Source: an uncultured Burkholderiales bacterium (GTDB taxonomy: Bacteria > Pseudomonadota > Gammaproteobacteria > Burkholderiales > Eutrophovitaceae). Taken from it: DNA of 64,000 bases. Shown piece after piece: positions 59,036-64,000 of this stretch. The notes under the pieces are model-generated. The model was given only the letters and a program-made list of their open reading frames with translations, was not told where the DNA came from and made no database searches. The position numbers and the translations under genes are program-made. The stretch covers positions 12,859-76,858 of the forward strand of contig CAWUVH010000001.1 in assembly GCA_963925895.1 (NCBI GenBank), in the 5' to 3' direction. Within the stretch, counting starts at the first letter, position 1, and every line of letters starts with the position of its first letter.

Positions 59036-60064
59036 TTGTTGGAAAATAGTTTAGTAGGAACGGCCGAAGATGTTTCTAAAATCGCATTCGGATTTATGGC
59101 ATCGAAAGCACTATTCGCCGGTTTGCATATAGACGTATTTACTAAGCTAGCTGATGGGCCGAAAAGTTCGGCACAAATTTCCAAAGAAGCTAAAGTCCCA
59201 GTCAACCGGATCACCACATTAATGACTGCGCTGACCAGCATTGGTTTAGTCGATCGAGACGATGAAGGGGAAATGTACTCAAACTCCCCTGGTGCTGACT
59301 CATTCCTCTCAAAGGGTTCAAAATATGAGTTTGGAGACTATCTTCGCTATCAAATCGATCAACAAATGTATCCATTTCTGGGCCAATTGAATGAAGTCTT
59401 AGACGGTTCACTCGCACCAGAGGCGGTCGACTCCTATCAGCACTGGATGAACGACGCGGAACAGGCCTCAATTTATTGCGAAGCCCAACACGCAGGATCC
59501 CTAGGTCCCGGTCGCACGCTTTGTCGCCTTGTAGACCTAAGTGAGGCAGAAACTTTGCTTGACGTTGGCGGGGGCACTGGAGCGATGAGCATTCGACTCT
59601 TAGAAGCTTATCCGAAACTGATATCGACAATTATTGATTTCCCCAACGTCGCAGAAATCGGCTGGAAGTTTATATCCGAAGCCAAAATGGTCGATCGAAT
59701 TCGTTACATCCCATCGAACGCGCTAACAACCCAATGGCCTAAGGAACAGGGCGCTATTCTGATGTCGTATTTATTCAGCGGTATCCCTGGAGCCGAAGTG
59801 CCACGTCTGGTCGAATACGCATTCGAATGCCTTGAACCTGGTGGTAGCTTAATGATTCACGACTTCATGGTTGAAGACGATCGTTCTGGCCCACCCATGG
59901 CAGCACTATGGCAACTGCAACATATGGCGTTTACACCAGACGCCCGATCAGTCACTCCCGGATGGTTACGAACCCGACTAAATGAGGTTGGATTTACCGA
60001 TATCAAAGAGGACGATATGATTCCAGGACTCACACGATTAATTCATGCACGAAAACCGAAGTAA
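59036..60064 (+). CDS. class I O-methyltransferase (dimerisation domain plus Methyltransf_2-type fold)
   Basis: 342 aa. SAM motif LLDVGGGTGAMSI and a winged-helix-like N-terminal domain. TTG start with AGGAGA 7 nt upstream. Confidence 0.8.
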   Translation: MLENSLVGTAEDVSKIAFGFMASKALFAGLHIDVFTKLADGPKSSAQISKEAKVPVNRITTLMTALTSIGLVDRDDEGEMYSNSPGADSFLSKGSKYEFGDYLRYQIDQQMYPFLGQLNEVLDGSLAPEAVDSYQHWMNDAEQASIYCEAQHAGSLGPGRTLCRLVDLSEAETLLDVGGGTGAMSIRLLEAYPKLISTIIDFPNVAEIGWKFISEAKMVDRIRYIPSNALTTQWPKEQGAILMSYLFSGIPGAEVPRLVEYAFECLEPGGSLMIHDFMVEDDRSGPPMAALWQLQHMAFTPDARSVTPGWLRTRLNEVGFTDIKEDDMIPGLTRLIHARKPK

Positions 60065-60113
60065 ATCTTCACGTGTCCTTAAAGATTTGAAATCGTCTTG
60101 CTCCAAGGCAGCC

Positions 60114-60141
60114 AATCTTTGGGCTAAAAAGCCCAAAGATT
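60114..60141. terminator. 11-bp perfect hairpin between the methyltransferase gene and tRNA-Arg (possible terminator or processing signal)
   Basis: AATCTTTGGGC, loop TAAAAA, GCCCAAAGATT. There is no clean U-tract on either strand, so the confidence is low. Confidence 0.35.
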
Positions 60142-60155
60142 AAGACAAAAAATAG

Positions 60156-60232
60156 TGGTGCGCCCGGCACGATTCGAACGTGCGACCCCACGCTTCGTAG
60201 GCGTGTACTCTATCCAGCTGAGCTACGGGCGC
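60156..60232 (-). tRNA. tRNA-Arg (ACG)
   Basis: Reverse complement GCGCCCGTAGCTCAGCTGGATAGAGTACACGCCTACGAAGCGTGGGGTCGCACGTTCGAATCGTGCCGGGCGCACCA. Anticodon loop CTACGAA. Confidence 0.95.
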
Positions 60233-60346
60233 ATAATGAGGTTGCGAATTATAACAAAATCAGTATTGAGCGTAACTAATCAAATGAAAATATCTTGGTT
60301 GACTTGCGTTAAAATGCCCGCTCTTTAGAATCAATTTAAAATCAAG

Positions 60347-61588
60347 ATGGCTCTAATTGTACAAAAATACGGCGGAACCTCGGTAGGCTCGACAGACCGC
60401 ATCAAAAATGTTGCACGACGTGTCGCGAAATGGAAAAACGCGGGACATGACGTCGTTGTGGTGGTATCCGCTATGTCTGGTGAGACCAATCGTCTCATCG
60501 ACTTAGCCCAAGCCATTCAATCCATACCTGACCCCAGAGAGTTAGATGTTGTCTGTTCGACTGGTGAACAAGTGACTATCGGCCTTTTATGCATGGCCTT
60601 GATCGAACTAGGCTGCCCTGCAAAATCTTATACTGGCGCGCAGATACGTGTCCTTACTGATGATGCACACACTAAAGCACGCATCCTAGACATTGACAAA
60701 GATCGGATACAAGACGACCTAAACTCAGGAAAAGTCATTGTTGTGGCTGGGTTTCAAGGTGTCGATGCAGAGGGAAACATCACGACATTGGGGCGCGGCG
60801 GATCTGACACGTCTGGAGTCGCTATTGCAGCAGTGCTCGGGGCAAAAGAATGTCAAATTTACACGGATGTCGACGGGGTATACACCACAGACCCTAGAGT
60901 TGTGCCTAATGCGCGTCGATTGAAAACGGTCACCTTTGAGGAAATGCTTGAGATGGCCAGCTTAGGTTCAAAGGTATTACAAATTCGCTCGGTAGAGTTC
61001 GCAGGGAAGTATCGCGTGAGGCTACGCGTGCTATCCAGCCTAACCGATCCCGACCTTTCGATTGACGAGGAATCGCAATCGGGAACATTAATAACATTTG
61101 AGGATGATGGGACTATGGAAGCCGCTCTAGTTTCTGGTATTGCTTTTAATCGTGATGAAGCAAAAGTCACCATGCGTGGGGTGCCAGATACACCAGGTAT
61201 CGCCTTTAAGATTCTCGATCCAATTGCAAAAGCTAATATTGAGGTCGATGTAATCGTACAGAATGTCGGTACTGATAAAAAAACAGATTTCTCGTTCACG
61301 GTACATCGCAACGACTTAAACAAAACTCTTGATATTTTAAAGCCAGTCCAAGCGGATATCGGAGCTCAAGATTTAGTCGGGGACGATAAGATTTGCAAGC
61401 TTGGACTAGTGGGCGTTGGAATGCGCTCTCATGTCGGAGTGGCGAGTAAAATGTTTGCTGCGCTAGCTAATGAGGGTGTGAACATACAAATGGTCTCAAC
61501 CTCGGAAATAAAGATCACGGCCGTCATTGATGAGAAATACATGGAACTTGCCGTGCGAGCGCTCCACCAAGCCTTCGAACTAGAATAA
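60347..61588 (+). CDS. lysC: aspartate kinase
   Basis: 413 aa. MALIVQKYGGTSVG, VVVVSAMSGETN, and two C-terminal ACT domains. Confidence 0.96.
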   Translation: MALIVQKYGGTSVGSTDRIKNVARRVAKWKNAGHDVVVVVSAMSGETNRLIDLAQAIQSIPDPRELDVVCSTGEQVTIGLLCMALIELGCPAKSYTGAQIRVLTDDAHTKARILDIDKDRIQDDLNSGKVIVVAGFQGVDAEGNITTLGRGGSDTSGVAIAAVLGAKECQIYTDVDGVYTTDPRVVPNARRLKTVTFEEMLEMASLGSKVLQIRSVEFAGKYRVRLRVLSSLTDPDLSIDEESQSGTLITFEDDGTMEAALVSGIAFNRDEAKVTMRGVPDTPGIAFKILDPIAKANIEVDVIVQNVGTDKKTDFSFTVHRNDLNKTLDILKPVQADIGAQDLVGDDKICKLGLVGVGMRSHVGVASKMFAALANEGVNIQMVSTSEIKITAVIDEKYMELAVRALHQAFELE

Positions 61589-61656
61589 CCGGCTAGATAC
61601 CGGAAGCAGTTTCGAATAGAATACACGCTCTCGGCACGCTCTTAGCGTTGCCGAAA

Positions 61657-61749
61657 GGAGAGTTGGCCGAGCGGCTGAAGGCGCTCCCCTGCTAAGGGAG
61701 TATAGGGTTTATAGCCCTATCGAGGGTTCGAATCCCTCACTCTCCGCCA
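61657..61749 (+). tRNA. tRNA-Ser (GCU)
   Basis: GGAGAGTTGGCCGAGCGGCTGAAGGCGCTCCCCTGCTAAGGGAGTATAGGGTTTATAGCCCTATCGAGGGTTCGAATCCCTCACTCTCCGCCA. Anticodon loop CTGCTAA, long variable arm, encoded CCA. Confidence 0.95.
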
Positions 61750-61927
61750 CCCTATTTTCAATTGATTTAATCTATATAAATCAATTAGTTACAAAGTCAT
61801 TATTTCTGGCTTTGTACCACACCCTTGTACCAATTTGCACCCTTTATTCCACCCCCAAACACCCCGGGGGAGGGTCTACACAGGGTAACGTGATCTATAG
61901 GTAGCTTGGGAGATACAAAAAATGACC

Positions 61928-62335
61928 TCAATGGTGAGACACACGTGTGCAAAATCCCTCGGTGTAATTATTACCAATCAGTTCCTCAGAGCCATTCATC
62001 ACATCCGCGCTCCAAGTGAACGAAAAAGAGGACGCAGGGTTCTCTAAATACGGATCAAAGTCTTTCAACCATAGTCCCACGCTGTAGTCATCATCTTCAG
62101 AGGAAGCGTAGAACTCGCTTCGATCAGGAGGTGTGTCGGTAAAAATAGTAACTTCATCTAGAAAATAGACTTTTTTCTGTGACAGATTGATCACCATAAA
62201 CCCATGATCCCAAGTGTCGCAATCGTACTTTAGTAGATGATCTTCACCTAAAGCTTGATTTACCTGAGTCACAACATACAGCATCAAAAAAACTCCGCCG
62301 CAGAAAAGTGTCCGTAACAAATATAATTTTCCCAT
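61928..62335 (-). CDS. hypothetical exported protein
   Basis: 135 aa. Hydrophobic leader LLRTLFCGGVFLMLYVV, acidic core, Cys residues. No family recognised. Confidence 0.5.
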   Translation of the reverse strand: MGKLYLLRTLFCGGVFLMLYVVTQVNQALGEDHLLKYDCDTWDHGFMVINLSQKKVYFLDEVTIFTDTPPDRSEFYASSEDDDYSVGLWLKDFDPYLENPASSFSFTWSADVMNGSEELIGNNYTEGFCTRVSHH

Positions 62336-62463
62336 CTAACATGATTTTATTTAATTTGAGTTTAAAAAGTAATTAAAATATGAAAACTATCTATGATGAT
62401 AAACAAGCAACTCAAATTTTCGTTATATGTTGTTTAAATTAACCCTAACCACAGAAAGCAGTT

Positions 62464-62838
62464 ATGCCGATTTCAAAAATCTTAGCGTTTTGCTCATTAA
62501 TACTCGTTAATAGTTTTTCTCATGCTGAGGATATCACGACAGTAACTGCAGATGAACTTGCAAGGGCGTGGAGTAATAATCAACTCGCAGCTGAATTGAA
62601 GTATTCAAAGAAACCACTGCATCTAACAGGTATGGTAGATAGAATTAGCAGTTCTGGCGATAGATACTATGTTGCCTTAGATGCGGCGGGCACTTTTTTA
62701 GGGATTAGTGTTTATGTTAGGTCGGACGCACTCGCCAAAGTTGCTGAATTACAAAAGGGCCAAACTATCACTATGTATTGTGAAAACTTTGAAGATGTCA
62801 TTTCGTATCAGTGCCATAATGGCTATGTGGTGGACTAA
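62464..62838 (+). CDS. exported OB-fold protein (tRNA_anti-like family pattern)
   Basis: 124 aa. Signal peptide ending SFSHA/ED, then ADELARAWSNNQLAAELKYSKKPLHLTGMVDRI. From memory, this matches the tRNA_anti-like OB-fold N-terminal pattern. Confidence 0.6.
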   Translation: MPISKILAFCSLILVNSFSHAEDITTVTADELARAWSNNQLAAELKYSKKPLHLTGMVDRISSSGDRYYVALDAAGTFLGISVYVRSDALAKVAELQKGQTITMYCENFEDVISYQCHNGYVVD

Positions 62839-62896
62839 CTCTAAAATAAGATCAAGCCCACATTTGAATAACTCCGAGATATGCCCGCAACTTAAT

Positions 62897-63973
62897 GTGG
62901 TCAATAATAGGCTTACGTTTGTATTTATTAGCCTTATGTTGCTGTCTAGCTGCGCATCTACGGAAGATTCAAAAAATACAAGCACATCAAATTACTCAAA
63001 AAAAAATGACGTAATCTTCGCGACCGGGGAAGCGATCGCTGAAACCCGAGACGAGGCAATCGAAAAAGCACTTCTTAATGCGGTGAGAAAAGCCTCCGGA
63101 GTATTTATTAGCAGCGAACTACAGGTTGAAAACGAAGAAGTCCGTCGAAATAGACTGATACAGTATTCAGCGGGTTACATACGCGGCTTTGAAATTGTCG
63201 AAGAGAAAAAAGAAAATACCAGTATATATATGTTGATTAATGCATCCATATCGCGCAGCGCACTCCTTGACTTTTACGCCGAATCAAACCAAGAAGAGTC
63301 TGTCGCTATAGAGGGAGAGCAGTTGTATCAATCAATAAAGCGTGAAGTCAATCGTCGAGAAGAGAGACTGTCAGTCTTACCTCAGATTTTCGATTCCTTT
63401 CCCGAGAATGCAATAATTCCAAAATTAGTGAGCCAGCAATCTCAATATACCGATGATCGAAATCTTTATATTGATATTCGTTGGGAAATATCCTGGTCTC
63501 AAACCTTCTTTGAAGCTCTATACCAGTATGCGGTTGAATTCTCGGACACAAGCTGCGGCATGTACAGGGATCCCTATTACGGTTGGTTACCCAGCAGCCA
63601 CGCTTGCGGTCAGATCAGCTTCATCGGCGACAACTCGTCTTGGTGGAGCACGCAGTACGGCACTTCTTACGTATTTAACGACAGTACATTCACCGACGCC
63701 CTTTTGGGAGCAATAGGAAACCGTGGGTATTACCAACAAGTTGGTTTGGAATTCGAATTTTTAAACGCAAACGATCAAATTATTACAAGCGCTTGTACAG
63801 ATATTAATCTAAACACAGAGTCTGACGATGTGTTTATGATGATGGGCGGACATCGTGGTTTTTATACTTTCCACGATCGAAGTTTGACTGGTACGGTTCA
63901 AGTTAAAATAACTCAACCTGACATTATGAAAAATATCGTGAAAGCCACACCTAAAATTGTAACTAAATGCTGA
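62897..63973 (+). CDS. hypothetical lipoprotein with an LPP20-like N-terminal region
   Basis: A GTG at 62897 gives MVNNRLTFVFISLMLLSSC (lipobox LSSC). The segment ATGEAIAETRDEAIEKALLNAVRKASGVFISSE resembles the LPP20 family. The ORF-track start at 62708 overlaps the previous gene, so the start is uncertain. Confidence 0.6.
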   Translation: MVNNRLTFVFISLMLLSSCASTEDSKNTSTSNYSKKNDVIFATGEAIAETRDEAIEKALLNAVRKASGVFISSELQVENEEVRRNRLIQYSAGYIRGFEIVEEKKENTSIYMLINASISRSALLDFYAESNQEESVAIEGEQLYQSIKREVNRREERLSVLPQIFDSFPENAIIPKLVSQQSQYTDDRNLYIDIRWEISWSQTFFEALYQYAVEFSDTSCGMYRDPYYGWLPSSHACGQISFIGDNSSWWSTQYGTSYVFNDSTFTDALLGAIGNRGYYQQVGLEFEFLNANDQIITSACTDINLNTESDDVFMMMGGHRGFYTFHDRSLTGTVQVKITQPDIMKNIVKATPKIVTKC

Positions 63974-64000
63974 GGTTAAGAATGGTTCAAAAATTATTTA

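Noticed and set aside
60233-60346. A lysine riboswitch upstream of lysC
   Set aside because: The spacer is only 114 nt, which is too short for an L-box. I could not recognise the conserved L-box helices.
62708-62896. A 63-residue 5' extension of the lipoprotein ORF
   Set aside because: It overlaps the preceding OB-fold gene by 130 nt. A GTG at 62897 gives a canonical lipoprotein signal peptide instead.
61750-64000. A prophage or integrative element at tRNA-Ser
   Set aside because: There is no integrase, phage or transfer genes. I could not find a direct repeat of the tRNA 3' end in the remaining 2.2 kb. It may still be an old islet, but that cannot be shown from this window.

Overview
This 64-kb, roughly 45% GC window is mostly core proteobacterial chromosome. 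Gene order (tig-clpP-clpX-lon-hupB-tRNAs-ppiD-fabI; tsaB-rimI-UDG-like-alr-radA) looks beta-/gammaproteobacterial, Burkholderiales-like, but that assignment is only inference. Gene density is very high, with many 1-4 nt start/stop overlaps.

Contents, left to right:
- a 5'-truncated MltD-like lytic transglycosylase, then fabI, ppiD and the protease/chaperone block;
- the hpnC-hpnD-hpnE squalene module plus a coupled SDR;
- an acyl-CoA oxidation block: ETF-QO, etfAB, two acyl-CoA dehydrogenases, a thiolase, two hotdog thioesterases and an acyl-CoA ligase;
- a lambda-crystallin-type dehydrogenase + BKACE pair, and ctaA;
- a minus-strand array of about 16 kb: urtABCDE-ureDABCEFG, a lipoprotein-signal methyltransferase, fhs and a GltD-like Fe-S flavoprotein;
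- a lexA-imuA-imuB-dnaE2 SOS mutagenesis cassette;
- lysC and six tRNA genes (Asp, Val, Leu, Arg-UCG, Arg-ACG, Ser-GCU).

I saw no rRNA, CRISPR array, transposase, integrase or recognisable defence genes, and no convincing novel multi-gene system.

The signals most worth follow-up are:
1. a perfect 15-copy heptanucleotide repeat (GAGTTAT)n just upstream of a stand-alone HNH endonuclease gene;
2. a textbook NtrC site plus sigma-54 promoter for the urea operon, sharing a 350-bp control region with a LexA box;
3. tight coupling of fhs to an unusual GltD-like/ferredoxin fusion protein;
4. a tRNA-Ser-adjacent cluster of exported proteins of unknown function at the right edge.
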